Notes: a model not told the origin generated them from the letters alone. Counted from the whole stretch's first letter, positions 11,602 to 25,499 are shown. The stretch is 54,136 bases of DNA, filler included, from Jimgerdemannia flammicorona (GCA_003990765.1; 3 parts of 3 records of this genome joined end to end with filler, not necessarily neighbours in it); one strand, 5' to 3'. Numbers and translations are program-made.

Positions 11602-11789
11602 CCATGTCGTCGAGATGCGGTGCCGGCTGCCTTGCTGAAGTACAGACCCTCAGTCGAGCTGCTAGGAGCATAATTACATGCAAATGTGTCATTCCGCACT
11701 TTCCAAAAAGTTAAAACTATACTAGAGATCCAGTATCAATGATATCTTAGTACCCCGCGAATCATAATTTCGGGCATGACCAACGACAA

Positions 11790-11889
<100 letters not shown>

Positions 11890-11949
11890 ATATTCATTTT
11901 ACATCTTATCGGACTTTCCGACCCGAATTCTTACACAATTTTTTACCTT

Positions 11950-12400
11950 AGCCACGGCAACATTCACATCACTCTCGCTCAAGGCCAGATAGACCTTGTC
12001 ACCAAGGTCGCGGTCATCAACAAGAAGGTTGTTCTCGTCCTGACCGAGGATCGTCCTCGTGTCATCCAGAACGCCGCCGATGTCTCCGGGCCGTGCTCCA
12101 GACCTTCCTCCCCGCCCGTGGGGTGGCCTCGCCATTGGCGTGGTGCTCTTGGTATCACCAACCCATCCGGTCGCCTTCGGCACACCTACCCTCGCTACCT
12201 CGGCAACCAAGGCCTCGTCTACTGGCGCCAGGTGAACGACAACAACTGGCAGTCCCTGTACGAGTTCGGCCACGGTTTGAGCTACTGGACGTTCGCCTAC
12301 TCCAACATCACCGTCTCATCCACGACTCTGACCCCCAAGCACCCTGTCAAGGCCTCCGTGCGTTCCCTGTCGATGCTCCTTTCACGCATCTGTGCGCCGT
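11950..12400 (+). pseudogene. GH3 beta-glucosidase C-terminal fragment
   Basis: QIDLVTKVAVINKKVVLVLTEDRPR, GITNPSGRLRHTYP and LYEFGHGLSYWTFAYSNITV are GH3_C motifs. There is no N-terminal catalytic domain, and the segment shows internal deletions and frameshifts. Confidence 0.8.
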
Positions 12401-13281
12401 AGCTAGGTTCGTCGTCAGACCAGTAGGGTAGTTGGTGCGACGCGCGGAAAGGTTGAAATTTTAATTTTCACAGTACTTCACGACTGACTTTTGCCAGGCC
12501 CTTTTCTTCAAAGTACTTCAAAACTAGCCTCTTTTCCTCATAGATCCCGGGACTATTTCTTTCGCAACTCATCGTCGCTTCGACCTGCCGTCGTCGCCAC
12601 CTAGGCCCTCTTAGGCTGAGCTATCGAGAAGTACGGGCATTGACAATACATGGACCTAACAAGGATTACCGGTGCCGATCACCCGTTACAATATGAATTC
12701 CAACGGCGACGACTGGATCTCCTTCACGGCCACGAATCTCCGGCCGCTACCTCCTGTGCTCGACAGATGACTGGAGCGGGCGCTTGATTTTGTTTGGCGT
12801 CCGGTCAGTGCGATCCCGACCGACGAGTTCAATATGTTGGCATCCGAGTGACAAGTACTTATTCGTTACGGAAGACGATTGGAAGGTGAATTTCGCACAG
12901 GAGAAGATGGTGGATAAGCTGGTGGGGCAAGGCCGTGGTCAGGAGACAGAGTGGAAAGCAAAGGACGACTGTGTCTATAATCCCCTCTATAAACAGATAC
13001 AGTACGCATAATTATATCGACCATACAATCTCTTCAATTGCCAGTCGCCTTCTCTAGGTTTTATTTCCAGAAGCCTGCCGCGATGCCCTATTTTTTTTTT
13101 TTTTTTTTTTTTTTTTTGATCATGAGATCGGATCTGCCACATTTCCGTGTACGTCATTATTAGCCAATGAAAAACTATAGTGGCACGGCGAAGGTCTAAA
13201 AAACCAGCAGGCCGTGGACGTTTTTTTTCCTCTGCCCTCGTCTTCATTTCGCGATAACACTTTACACTTTTAATAGAAAAG

Positions 13282-14003
13282 ATGTTCCTTCGTCCGAACC
13301 TTCTTCACTTCTCAATCCTCAAACGCCTGAGCTTCCCCCCTCGACCAGCACGCGCCTACACGACCACCCCACTCCGCCACGATGCTACTCCATATGTCCG
13401 TTACATAGCCATTGACAACCCGCGAAAGGGCAACGCCCTCTCCCTGTCCGTCCTCGAGTCGCTCGAGCACCAGCTGCTCGCGGTAAATCCGGGATGGAAG
13501 TACTTTGGTCGCGACTGGGAGGTTCCCTGGGAAGGAGATGATGCAGCCTTGGAGCGGTTCTGGAAACCGCTGAATCGTGAGGTCAAGGTGGTGATTTTGC
13601 GGAGCGAGGGCGAGGGTGTGTTTTCGTCGGGACACGATCTGAAGGAGATCAGGTGTGCAGATTAATTTGCGGCGTTCGAGATAGCTACAGGACGTGTCAT
13701 TTATAGTTGTTATCCTACCAGCACACTAGACTCAACCCTACATGCCAAGATATTCGATGCCTGCAATCGGGTGATGATATTGATCCGCGAACTACCTCAA
13801 CCGGTTATCGCACAGGTATACTGAAAGTACATGTTTCTTCGTAATTGTAATAGTATTTATGTTCAACTGCAAATTTCACATATTCTGGTTGCGTAGGTGC
13901 AAGGTATCGCGACGGCAGCGGGATGTCAGCTCGTAGCCACGTGTGACTTAGCGGTGGCGAGGTGAGGTCTTTCTTTTTGCGGTTTATTGTTCATGAAAGG
14001 CTG

Positions 14004-14039
<36 letters not shown>

Positions 14040-14656
14040 TCTTTCTGTGAATAATTGGTCGTGGCCCAGCGATAAGGCAACGTTTGCAACACCAGGTAGG
14101 CCGAAACATGCCAGATGTCTTAATTCACGAACACTACATTCTGTGATAATGCCTGCCATTAATTATAATCATCCATTACTTCGGTTTCATTAGGTGTCAA
14201 CATCGGTTCGTAAACCCACCATGTTTCACACAACCCAACCGACCTGCACTTCCCACTAACACAGTCCCTTAAACTCCCCCACCCATAGGCCTCTTCTGCA
14301 CCACACCCTCCGTTCCACTCTCCCTTAACCTCCCGTCCAAGTCCCTTCATCGCCTCCTCCTCACTGGCACACCGATCCCGGCCTCCGAAGCACTCTCTTT
14401 ACACCTCATCTCCCATGTGTCCCCGCACGACACCCTCGCCTCCGACACGCTGGCGCTGGCTGAGGGCATCGCGCGCGCGAGTGGCCGGGTGCTAGCGCTG
14501 GGCAAGTACGCGGTGAGGACGCATGCCGAGATGGTTGGGTTGAGGGAGAAGTACGAGTTCGGAGCGAAAGTCATGCGGTGGAACGTGAGGCTCGGGGACG
14601 CAAAGGAAGGGGTCGCGGCATTTTTGGGCAAGAGAGGGGCGGTGTTTAAGGATTAG
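13282..14656 (+). CDS. Enoyl-CoA hydratase/crotonase family, ECHDC3-like, probably mitochondrial (multi-exon)
   Basis: KGNALS, FSSGHDLKE, LPQPVIAQ|VQGIATAAGCQLVATCDLAVA, FATPG|VNIG|LFCTTP and DAKEGVAAFLGKR. The Arg-rich N-terminus looks like a presequence. Confidence 0.9.
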
Positions 14657-15068
14657 GGGGTCAAACTGGACTAGCGACGATGTTTGGCATTTTTCCTGTT
14701 GCAAACGCGAATTCAGCCCCATCATGCTATCATGGGTAGCTGCTGCAATCTAGATATACGATGCGCCATTCAACTCTTCGTCGACAGATTACTAAAGATC
14801 TCGATGGAAACATGATCGAATACATCTTTGCCGCCTTGATGGGCGACACTTGGCGCCATCACCGTAGGTGACAAATTGACAGATCTTGTCGCGTTTGAGT
14901 AACCAGCTTGACGGAGATGTTAGCTTGCAATATGTGAAAGCGTTCCAGGAGAAGCACAACTGTGTTTGGAGTAATAGTATAAAGTGCAGACATTCGCACT
15001 GCCTTCCAACCCTCAATTCACACTCTCCAATCCAAAGCAAGCAAACAACCCACATTCCAGCAAAAGCC

Positions 15069-15695
15069 ATGGCCAAGCAAATCCTCGCTCTTCTCTTCTT
15101 CGTCCCGGGCCTCCTCGTCACCCTCGGCGCCGCTATTCCCGTCCCCGAATCTACCAGCGTGCCCCAGGAACGCGACCTGGGCGAACGCTGCTTTGATAGT
15201 GCATGCGGCTGCGATGACCTTCCCTGCGGCGACTTCGACGTGTGCGATTTCCCCTGCAAAGGCTTTGGAGGAGCCTGCGGCTTTGGCTGCTATGGCTTCG
15301 GCGCGTATGGTTTCCCCTACAGAGGCTTCGGGGCCTGCGGCTATGGCTTTGGCTGCAATGGATGCAGCGGCCTCAACGCCCTTGCCAAACGCGACTTGAC
15401 TTCGATCCACGACAAGCGTGGTGCGTATGGCGCTTGGGGCGGTGGCTACGGCTACCCCTGCGGTGGCTACGGCTTTGGGTATCCCGGCCTCGCAGATTGC
15501 GGGACCTGCGGCCCCTACGTAGTCGACAGCAGCACGGCGTGCAACAAAGCCAACCAGGCCTGCGACCACGTAGCCTACGAAAACTGTAAGCATGTCGCGT
15601 GCAACGTGTGCAAGGATTGCGACCAGGCGTACTGCGCAAATAATGACCACTGCTGCGATGCCAGCAAGTGCGCCAATTTCAATGTCGTTAATTGA
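15069..15695 (+). CDS. Secreted Cys/Gly/Tyr-rich protein, 208 aa, unknown family
   Basis: Intronless ORF with a hydrophobic signal peptide (MAKQILALLFFVPGLLVTLGAA), 24 Cys, GYGFG-type repeats and two KR sites. TATAAAG at about 14978. Confidence 0.8.
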   Translation: MAKQILALLFFVPGLLVTLGAAIPVPESTSVPQERDLGERCFDSACGCDDLPCGDFDVCDFPCKGFGGACGFGCYGFGAYGFPYRGFGACGYGFGCNGCSGLNALAKRDLTSIHDKRGAYGAWGGGYGYPCGGYGFGYPGLADCGTCGPYVVDSSTACNKANQACDHVAYENCKHVACNVCKDCDQAYCANNDHCCDASKCANFNVVN

Positions 15696-16510
15696 GTGGG
15701 CGCGGTAAGTTGTGAAGAGGTGTAAATAGGAGCGCTTGCGAATGTGGCACGCAGGAACAGTTTGTACATATGACCTAATTGTATGCATATAGCCCGACTA
15801 CAACATAATAAATTGGGGGACAACCCACAAATGTAATCCTACGTCCGTCAATGATATTGGGATTGCGATTAGCACATTTTTCCACTACAATCGGTCGTGA
15901 CAATACCGTTCGTTATAGTCAATGCCACCACTCGATGCGAAGTATTGTTCATATTCTTCTTTTTTTTTTTTTTTTTTTTTTTTACACTATAATAGTACGA
16001 TTCCTACATTCTATTATATTGTCTGCCGCAGCAGTTTCACACAATGTCAAGATCAATATAATGCAGGTAGTTGTCCGACAACAATAGTGGAGGTTAGGGA
16101 GGCAGCAGAGGGATTCAAGATGACTTTGTAATCCGATGCCTTTTCAACTATTAAGGGAAGCGTGAAATCATAAAAGCACGTTGCTGTCCGTCCGCTGGTA
16201 GCGTGATGGGTTGGGTTGAGTATGAGATGAGATGGCAATATATTTTACCTCGTGGACACTTGGCATTAAATGGGTTATTTTTCAATGTGGCATTGGTTGC
16301 CAATAATCGTAGATTGCAGCAGTCGTTCAAAGGCAAATTCTATTGCCCTTTAACTCATTACTAAGTATATACACTGAGTTACTGCACGTAAACGTCACGT
16401 CGTTATAAGTCATATGTACGGATGTGTATGTGTAGGTAATGCGCCAATGACAGTGACAGTTCTCCTTCTACCCGGGAAATCGTAAAGCCATAAGTATATA
16501 TTCTATATAC

Positions 16511-16545
<35 letters not shown>

Positions 16546-17982
16546 GTACATTTCAGACAGCACATTGCTGCTCGGCCCTTCGTGGACACCCAAACGTGCC
16601 ATTAGATGCCGATATCAGACCTCGTATTTGAAGTCGTTGCTCTCCAAACTCACATTCGTTCTTGGTCACTCCTCGCTCAACCCCTCAGCTGATTCACATT
16701 CTGGGATTTGCCCCCCCCCAACACACACATCATGTATGCGAGTCGACTGCCCTAGCCAGATGCGCGATCCGTAACCCGGTTCACGATTTCACGCTATCGG
16801 GTTGCAAGAGTGTCTCGCAGCAGGCGGACCGATAAGCAACTTGCCCTCACCCCTACTCTTGCCTTCACCCTTTTACCCTCTTTGCCTCATTCGCCCCCCT
16901 CATTCGCCCGCGCTCGCTCATTCCCCCCCTCATTCGCACATGCCGGCTTCTTACATATACTGGAACGGCCAGGTATCCTAAAAACGTGAATATCCTAGTT
17001 GCGTGCATTCGCTCGCGGCGCATATAGTATGAGTGTATTTTATAAAAATAATAAAATAAAATAAAACATATAGAAAAAAAAAAACATTCATGGCCCGCTG
17101 ATTATTTAGAGCGCCCAGTCCCTTCGCCATGCCACTATCCAAGCTCAGCCTCTCGACCTTGCCCAGCCCTAAGCGCTATAATGCTTAAGGGAAGACGCCA
17201 GCTTATAACTACTAGTTTTGACCCCTCTGCCAGCGTTTATGGAATCAGCCACTGAAATGAAAAATTTTGTGCCGAGGTCACATTTCATTGGCTAATAGCG
17301 ATGACGTAAAGGAAATCTGGCGGACCCGAAATACCGTGGAGAAATCCGCGACAAAAGGTGCGAGAACAAATCGCCACAGCAATCGAGAACCTTGAGGTGA
17401 TATGCTTGAGCTATAATGCCATCGAATGATTGGGTGGATTGAAGAATGTGAGTATGATGTGGGTTAAACACGGTGGAGTATTTATGGCATGGCGAAGATT
17501 CATTTTTGATTTATTCTTTTTTATCGCCATCTCCAGGTAAATTTATAAACGATCGACATTGCAAACAACCATCTGGAGCACATTGAGTGCGTCGCACACC
17601 TCATGAAGCTGGAGGATGTTTTGTTGTTCCGCCCATTCATTGGGATAACCTCCTCTCTTCCTTCTAGGAGTTTGAGCAGCAGCTGACAAACGACAGCTCT
17701 CCATCGTTTACCTCGAGGGCAACCCCATGCAGCGCGACAACCAGCCCATTTACTGGACCAAAGTGAACTGGCCGTGCCGTATAGATTGCAGTAGTCGTTC
17801 AAAAGCAATACCTGATTCTGAATTTCTACGCGTAAACTCCACGACGCTATAAGCCATATGTACGAATGTACATGCGCCAATGAGTGACAGCTCTCGAATA
17901 AGTATTGTTTGAGAATGGTGTTGGGGATGACCTCTCTTCTACCAGGGTAAGCCATAAGTATATATTCTATGTACCAAAAAAA

Positions 17983-18082
17983 NNNNNNNNNNNNNNNNNN
18001 NNNNNNNNNNNNNNNNNNNNNNNNNNTTAATTAATTAANNNNNNNNNNNNNNNNNNNNNNNNNNNNNNNNNNNNNNNNNNNN
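17983..18082. other. Assembly gap / contig linker
   Basis: N-run containing TTAATTAATTAA, which gives stops in all six frames. Confidence 0.95.
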
Positions 18083-21000
18083 TTTTTTATAGTCCCTTGG
18101 ACTCCGTCTTTATTATCAGTCTATGAATAAGTATATAATATCACCACCCACTATCTGATCCTCATTGGGGGGCCCCTCCCCACCTCTTCATGTACAAAGA
18201 CCACTCTCTCACCAATAACTCCAACTCTCCCACCACTCTGACCACAGATTTTCACTACCAAGTGGTACCTCTGACCCCCCTGCAGCCCCCAACCAAGCCA
18301 CCAGCCTGTCAAGGTATCCTCTATAAGGCACTGCCAATATGATAACCAGCTCTCCAAGCTCTGTCGCCTCTCCTCCTCAAATACAAATAGCCAGTGACCA
18401 GCCAGCCCAACCCAAATAGCCAATGCCCAGCCTAGAGTAATCTACTCCTCTCCTACCCCTTCTATCAATCGATCCCTCAGGTCCTCCCACCTCCCCCATA
18501 CATCATCACCCCTATACCTTACCCCCAAGCAGTCCCCAATGGCCTGCCAAAAGTCTCCCAACACCTCACACTCCCCTAGCCAATGTTCTGGCATCTATAC
18601 AAATCCCCCTTCCTGCCCTACATTATGGCACTCCTTGCAGTCAAAGCAGCCCCCTACAACAAGGTGTCCTGAGTGGAAGTTAAGCATCACATTCCTCCTC
18701 AGCATGCGCCACCAGACCACCCAGTACTTTGGCAGTATCCAATTTTTCACTGCGGCACTCCAGATCTAAACCCCATGCCAGTCCTACTCCTCACCAATTC
18801 CAACTCCTTGCCAACCACTAGGCCACAGATCCTGGCCTGGTCCCCTTTGGCATTCGATGCCATCACTAATATTGAACTTAAGTAAAGGCATGCCTCCCAG
18901 AAGAATGCTATCCCATCTCTACATCACTGGGCCCCAAGCCCTCTCCCCCTCATCCCCTTACCAGCGAATACCAATGCAGTGTGCCCCCTCAGCTATCCCC
19001 ACCAGAAGCCTTTATATCTCAGTTGTGCAGTATTCTGAAGCCCAACGAATGAAAGAAGATCACCAGTCAAGCCTCTTGGTGATGTCTGCCTCTCCCATAC
19101 CTTCTGTAGCAGAGGAACCCAGCCCCCTCCACGCAACTCCACCACCCTCCTCAGCCACTATGCCCTCAAGCAGTGTAGTCTTTTGGGGAAGTCCACCAGC
19201 CCAAGACCACCTCTTGCCACTGGTAGGGACAAAGTCTCCCAACCAATCTGACTCTGTCTGCCAGCTCAAATCCATCTCTTGGCCACCTTCACCAATCTCT
19301 TCACTACCTAGGCTGGAAAGTCCAGATGATAAGCCAAATACCACAGCTTTGGCAGCCAGTATATATTCAAAATCGAGATCCTTTCTGCCAGAGAGAAGTG
19401 TCTACCCCCCCAACCCTGCAGGTCCTCCTCCCAAATTCCAATCCTCTGCTCCCACCACAGCCTGGACAAAACAGACCCATAGACTAACAAATAGATGCCC
19501 AGGTACTGCACTGCCTCTCCAGTGGGGACAATTGTTCCAATAACTTCTCCACCCACCAGGCTGTTGCCCAGCACTATTGTTTCACACTTGTGCCAATTCA
19601 GCTTCGCCCCAGAGTTCTCCTCATACTACTCCACTGTCTTCTTGAGCTCTTTGACATCTGCAGTCACTCTCAAACCAACCACCATATCATCTGCAAAGGC
19701 TCCAACCTTCCAGCCAACTCCATAGATAGAGAGCCCCACTATCCTCTGCTGAATCCTGTCCATTAGAGGTTCCAAGGAAAGAGCATACAAAATGGGGGAC
19801 AGTGGGTCCCCCTGGGGCACTCCCCTACCCAGAGGAAATGCTACCCCTCTATGCCCATTATACATGAGTGCAGCCCTACTCCTTTCCAGTAGGCTGACCA
19901 TCACCGACTGAAATGGGACTGGAACCCCAATTCTATCTAATACTTTCACCAGCCAGACTTACCGCACCTGGTCATAAGCCTTCTCCTGGTCCAAGAAGAC
20001 AAGACACCCATCTAGTCCACAGACTCGAGCACCTTCAATAACTCCATGTACCCAGGCCATGCCATCTCTAATAAGCTGACCCCCTATGAAGCCCCTCTGC
20101 TCAACACCCACAATTTGCTGGGCTATCTTCTATAGTCTTGCGACCACCACCTTAGTCACCAACTTTCTGTCCATATCTAGCAACATTATTGGCTGCCAGT
20201 TCTTCCAATCCTCTTGCCTTCCCTTGTTCTTATAAAGCAGCATCACCAGCCCAAGATCCTGCTCCCCCACCCATCTCCCCGACTGTAATATAGAGTCACA
20301 CAGTACTGTCAACTCCCCCAACATGCCCGGGACTCCAACCATTCACTTCCAGAAGTCCCAGGAGAGGCCATCCTCCCCAGGCGCCGTACCTGAGGCTGTC
20401 GCGGCAAGAACCTGGTAGATCTCATCCTTCTTTACAGGCATCATCAGGTCACCTAGTCCTTCAGCTTGTAGTGGGTGCCAATCTTCTAATATTTGGTCAA
20501 TGACCATGGCATCCACCCCACCCTCTTCCTCACTCCACAATCTACTCCATCGCACCTTCAGTGTACCAAGGATGTCCTGTACACTATGTACTAGTACACC
20601 ATCCAAGTCAAGTACCCCTTCCCACTGCTGCTGTACCCTTCTCGCTCGAAGTGTCCTCATGAGAAACTTGGAAGGTCTCTCCCCTTTCTCCAGCCCCTGC
20701 CAATGCAGCCATGCCACCAGGCCTTGCACCCTTGACTCTTCCTCTTCCCACAGCATCTGTTGTAGTTCCCCAACCTCTATCTTCACCCTCATTATTCTCC
20801 AATCCTTTTCTCCCTCCACTACTGCCAGTCTCGCCCACTCCTCCAGGAGCCTAACAAATCTAGTAGAAGCCCATCACACTTTCTGTCTTCGCTGCTTTCC
20901 AGCCACTCTGCCAGCCTCGCTCCAATACATCCTAGCTATCTCTTTCATTCTCATCCACCGAACCCCAATCACAGCCTCTTCCTGCCGCCAATTCACCACC

Positions 21001-24000
21001 TTCAGCTGAATGTCATTCGCCCACTCCTCCCACCAGGACTCATCATCCAACAAGGAGGAATTTAGGTGCCAATGTCCAGGCCCATCACTACTTTCCCCAA
21101 AACACCCCTGTCCCAAAAGGCCCCAGTAATCTGACCACGGACACCATTTTACCTCTAGTACCTTCCAAACATCATAGTCCCAACAGTCGGCTGTCAGAAT
21201 CTAGTCAATCCTTGTCCCCAGACCTCCAGCCTAATGTGTATATACCCTCCTATCCCCCCAGTACTCCCTACCAGCATCCATCAGTGCTCCTAGCCTTTTG
21301 ACCTCCTCCCACATTGCCAGCCCCCCACTCCTGCTCTCAGCACCCCATTCTCCATCAGTTCTATTCAGCCATACATCCCGAACCATATTGAAATCTCCTC
21401 CAAGCATATCCAACCCAGCTTCAGCAAGGATCCCACTCTCTAGAAGCCCTTTCACCCAATCCACATGCTCCCCCCACACAGTAGAGCAGTAACAGGAGCC
21501 AACTGTGACTGGCTCCCAACCTGCACGAATCCACTCACCCCAGACCAGTCTCTCCCCCCAGCTCCTCACATCCCTTATCTCCCCTCTGCCTTTCCGAACC
21601 AGAATTCCAACCTTGCTATTCCAAATCACCATACCACCCCATTCCTTAGTCCATTTCATCCTATCAGAGTCATCCTTGTACCTGACATCTTGCAAGAGGA
21701 AGAGATCGGCCTCCAATCCCTTCAACCAAATAAAAATGTTCTTGTGTCTAACTGTGCCCCTAAGCCCATTCACATTCAAAGAAAAAATGTTGGTTGTACT
21801 GTTCATAATGAAATATGGTTTATTCTCAATCAATCCCTACTGCTCTATACCCATCTCCTCCTGTGCCGTGTCCAGATTATGTTCAGCCATTACCTCCTCC
21901 TCTTCAGCCCTCTGAGCCTCTAGTCCAGCCAACAGCTCATTCATCTCCTCATCAGCCTTCTCCTCAAACTCCTCTCTGTACTCGATGCAAGCCTCCTGCC
22001 AAAGCTGCAATCCATGATGCCTGTTCCAATAGTACTCAGCCTTCTCCCCAGCAACAACTGCCAACTCTGCCTCCCTCTCCTTGTCCACCTCATACCCTTC
22101 CTCCTCCAGATATACTGCAAGAATTTCTGCCTTCAGCACCATCACTACTCCTTCCCTCTGCAAAATTCTCATCTAGTGCTCGTCGCCCATCCCATGCAAG
22201 TCCACCTCCCCCAGCTCTTCTGCCGCCAGGTTATTCATCATCCGGCACATCCAAAGTAGGTTCCCCACCTCCTTCCCACCAGGGGTCCCAGCCTCCCTCC
22301 ATCCAGCATTGTGGTGTCAGCTCCTGCACTTGCATCCTCATCCCACACCTCCAGGATATCCACCAGTTCCTCCTCCCTGGCCTCCACTACTTGGTCCCCA
22401 TCCATCACCTCTGGAATGCTGAATTTCACCTACTGGGTCCCCAGTATTGTCACATCCTCCCCCGACTTGTTCCTAGAAGCCGGGCCATGTCTGATAAGAG
22501 GAGAGGGGGTGGGGGAGTTCTCCCAGACTTCATCCTAGACCTCCAAGGTGCTGTCAGCATATGGGTTGCTAATCTTCACCTCTTTAGCCTTCCCTGTCTT
22601 TGCCCCATCGTTCCCACTCCTCTCACCAGCCCAGATACTTGCTCCGGCCCCTTCTGCACCCATCTTCATGCTCGCATCCTTCTGTGGTCTACCCCCCAGT
22701 TTAGCCAGCAGATCTTTCTGCCTCTTCCGCCCCTGAGCCCTTTCCCACTGCACCTTGTCCACTCGAATCCTCTTTCCATCCACCACCTCCAGGTGCATCG
22801 ACTCCTCGAAAGTCTTCCAGGCCTTAGCTCACCATTCCACAGCCCCATCCAGCTCCTCCAGTGCTTCCAATAAATCTTCCTCCTCTTCTTTACTTCCTTT
22901 CATCTGTGTCACCTTGCACAGAAATGCTCCCCAAACCATCACCAAAGGCCAGTCCCTCATCTTTCCAGTAGCCTCTTTCCCAGCCAGCTGAATCCTCACA
23001 TCTACGTCTCCAGTCCTGAGCGTGGTCCCTTCCCAGACCCTGAATCTGATATCCACCACCTCTCTGTACTCTGCCATGACATCCTCCACTCTCTTCCTCA
23101 TCTCCATCACCATCACTGTGGGTACTCCTTTCACCAGCAGTTGGACCACCCTTGGATTCCATTTCAAACACCTCGCCATCGGAACACACATCTCCCCAAC
23201 CATCAACCCAACCTTCAGTGCCTCCTCCAGTGGTTCAACCTCCTCAAAACCCACCTCTACCCCCTCTAGTCCCTTCAGAAACTTCACCAAGGCTGCTCCT
23301 GCCACCTGCTTAGCGATAAGCCCCAACACCATTTTTGCCGTCACCACTAAGCCCCGGAAGCACAGTGTGACTGCAAATGCCGAGATCGACTTCTTGAGTA
23401 ACGGAGCCACCGCCAGTCCCATTATACCATCTGCCAGGTCCCTGGGCCTTGTGCCCTTCCCACTGCTTGGCTCACTATCAGCAGTCCCATCTAGATTTTT
23501 TTCTAGATCACCTGTCACACCCCCATCAGCAGTCTCTGTCCCAGCCGCTACCCCCCCAGCTCCACCCCTATGGCCCTCCAGAGAGGTACCCCCAAGAGGT
23601 TGCTGCCTGGAAGCCTTCACCAGTACCTTCCTCCCTCTCAGCCAGCCCTCTAGTTCAGCTCCCTGCTGACCCCCCTTCACCTTCTCCACAAAGCTCACTC
23701 TGCCAGACCCTTGACCTCCAGCTCCACTCCCTCCTCCACCATGGTCTCCCACCAGTAGGCCCCTCATACTTCCCCCCAAGCCGAGGCCTCTCTCCACTTG
23801 CTGTCATTCAAATGCTCCAGGGCCACCCTGCCCAGTATGCACCTCCAGATGCTTGTTGGATGCCATGATACTAGTAGCTTTTCTCTAGAAACTGTGTCGA
23901 AAGTGTTGCCAAAAGATTGTGTAACCTGAATGTTATTGGAGAAAGATGCCTGCCCACTATTACTCTCTTCTCCATCACTCTCAGCAGTATATCCTCTATC

Positions 24001-24090
24001 TCTAAGTCTATCTCTACTCCTTCCAAACTCTTCAAAAATTTCACTGAGACTGCTCTTTTCATCTCTTGGACCAGAAGTCCCAGAATCATC
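18083..24090 (-). mobile_element. Near full-length L1/Tx1-type non-LTR retrotransposon, inactivated
   Basis: ORF1 at about 23800-21837. ORF2 starts at about 21806 with an APE endonuclease (SLNVNGL, LLQD, GGDFN, SDY), then RT (LDQEKAYD, GVPQGDPLSP, AFADD) and a C-terminal Cys/His zf-RVT-like motif (C..C..EHWLGEC). A short A-tail lies at 18083-18088. Many in-frame stops. Confidence 0.92.
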
Positions 24091-24620
24091 CTCACTATTA
24101 CTGTTAAGCTCTACAAACACATTGTAATAGTAAATTCTGATCTTAATTTCTTAAGTAATAGTACTATCATTAGTCCCATTATACTATCTATCAGGTCTCT
24201 GGGCCTCATACCCATCTCTTGTTCAGATTTACTATTAACTATTATATCTGGATTTTTTTCTAGATTAGCAATTCTCTTACCATCAGCAGTCCTGCCCTCT
24301 CCAGCCACTACTTCCCCAGCCCCACTGCTCTTACTGCCATAGACTACTCTACCAGACCCTGCAGTCCTTGCTATCTCCTTGTCTTTCTTTAGCTAATTCT
24401 CCAATCTAGTCAATAGATATCCCACCTTTACCTTGTTAGCAAAGTTCATCCTTCCAGACTCCTGCCTACTAGCTCTAGCTCTATTTCTTCCACCTTCTCT
24501 TTTATCTATAAGAGAGTTCAGCAGACTCTCTTTCAAGCCATAACTCTTTCTCACATACTGCCAGTCAAATACACCAGAACTGCCCTGCCTAGCATACTCA
24601 TTAGTTACCATATTATTAAT
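24090..24620 (-). mobile_element. Second, truncated ORF1 fragment of the same LINE family
   Basis: NLEKNPD..RPRDLIDSIMGL..LLKKLRSEF aligns by eye with DLEKNLD..RPRDLADGIMGL..LLKKSISAF of ORF 22829-23797. Confidence 0.75.
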
Positions 24621-25499
24621 ACCTATTCTCCAAAAATGATATTGTAAGTATTGTCAGAAGTTTATATAATCTAAATATTATTAAAGAAAGAATGATATAT
24701 TGTCTTCTCATCTTTGTCATTCTTTGCCTTATTATCCTTTGCTATCTTACTCTTTATTGCTCTCAGATAACTCTTAGACTATAGTCAGATATAGGCAAAT
24801 TTGTCTGTAAAAAATTATAAATTTATTATATTTATATCTTTATTAAATATTTAAAGATATTTATTAAAATTTTTAAAAAATAATATAAAATACTTAACTA
24901 ATTTATTTAAATTGATTTTTATTTCTAACTTTTATCTTTTTATAAAAAAAAAATTAAACATCTATAGGTGAGATAGATTTTATATAAGTTATATAAGAGT
25001 GAGTTTTGAGAACAGAGTGAATAATTAGAATAAAATTACTCATGAAGACCTGTTTCTACTCTCTCTGAGTTCTCCACTATATATATAATACATTAGCTCA
25101 GTAACTTTACTACTAAGGCATACCTAGTACTCTACAATTCAAACTGATCTATATATATATTTAACCCTATCTAGAATTATACATAACCTATCTATAATCT
25201 GACTTAGAAATATATATCACCTATCTTTAATCCAATCTGGAATTAAATATCACCCATCTTTAATCTGACTTAGAAATATATATCACCTATCTTTAATCTG
25301 ACTTAGAATTATATGTCACCTATCTTTAACTTAATCTAGAAATATATATCACCTATCTTTAACTCAACCTCTAAACCTAATCCTGAACCCAACCTCTGAA
25401 ACATAATCCTGAATCCAATCTCTGAACCTGAGAACCCAATTCTCTGAACTCTGCTCTGAAAAAATAATTTAGATAATATTTAGATAATATTTAGAGCAA

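Noticed and set aside
12520..13011. Coding-like fragment (YLFVTEDDW)
   Set aside because: Too degraded to assign.
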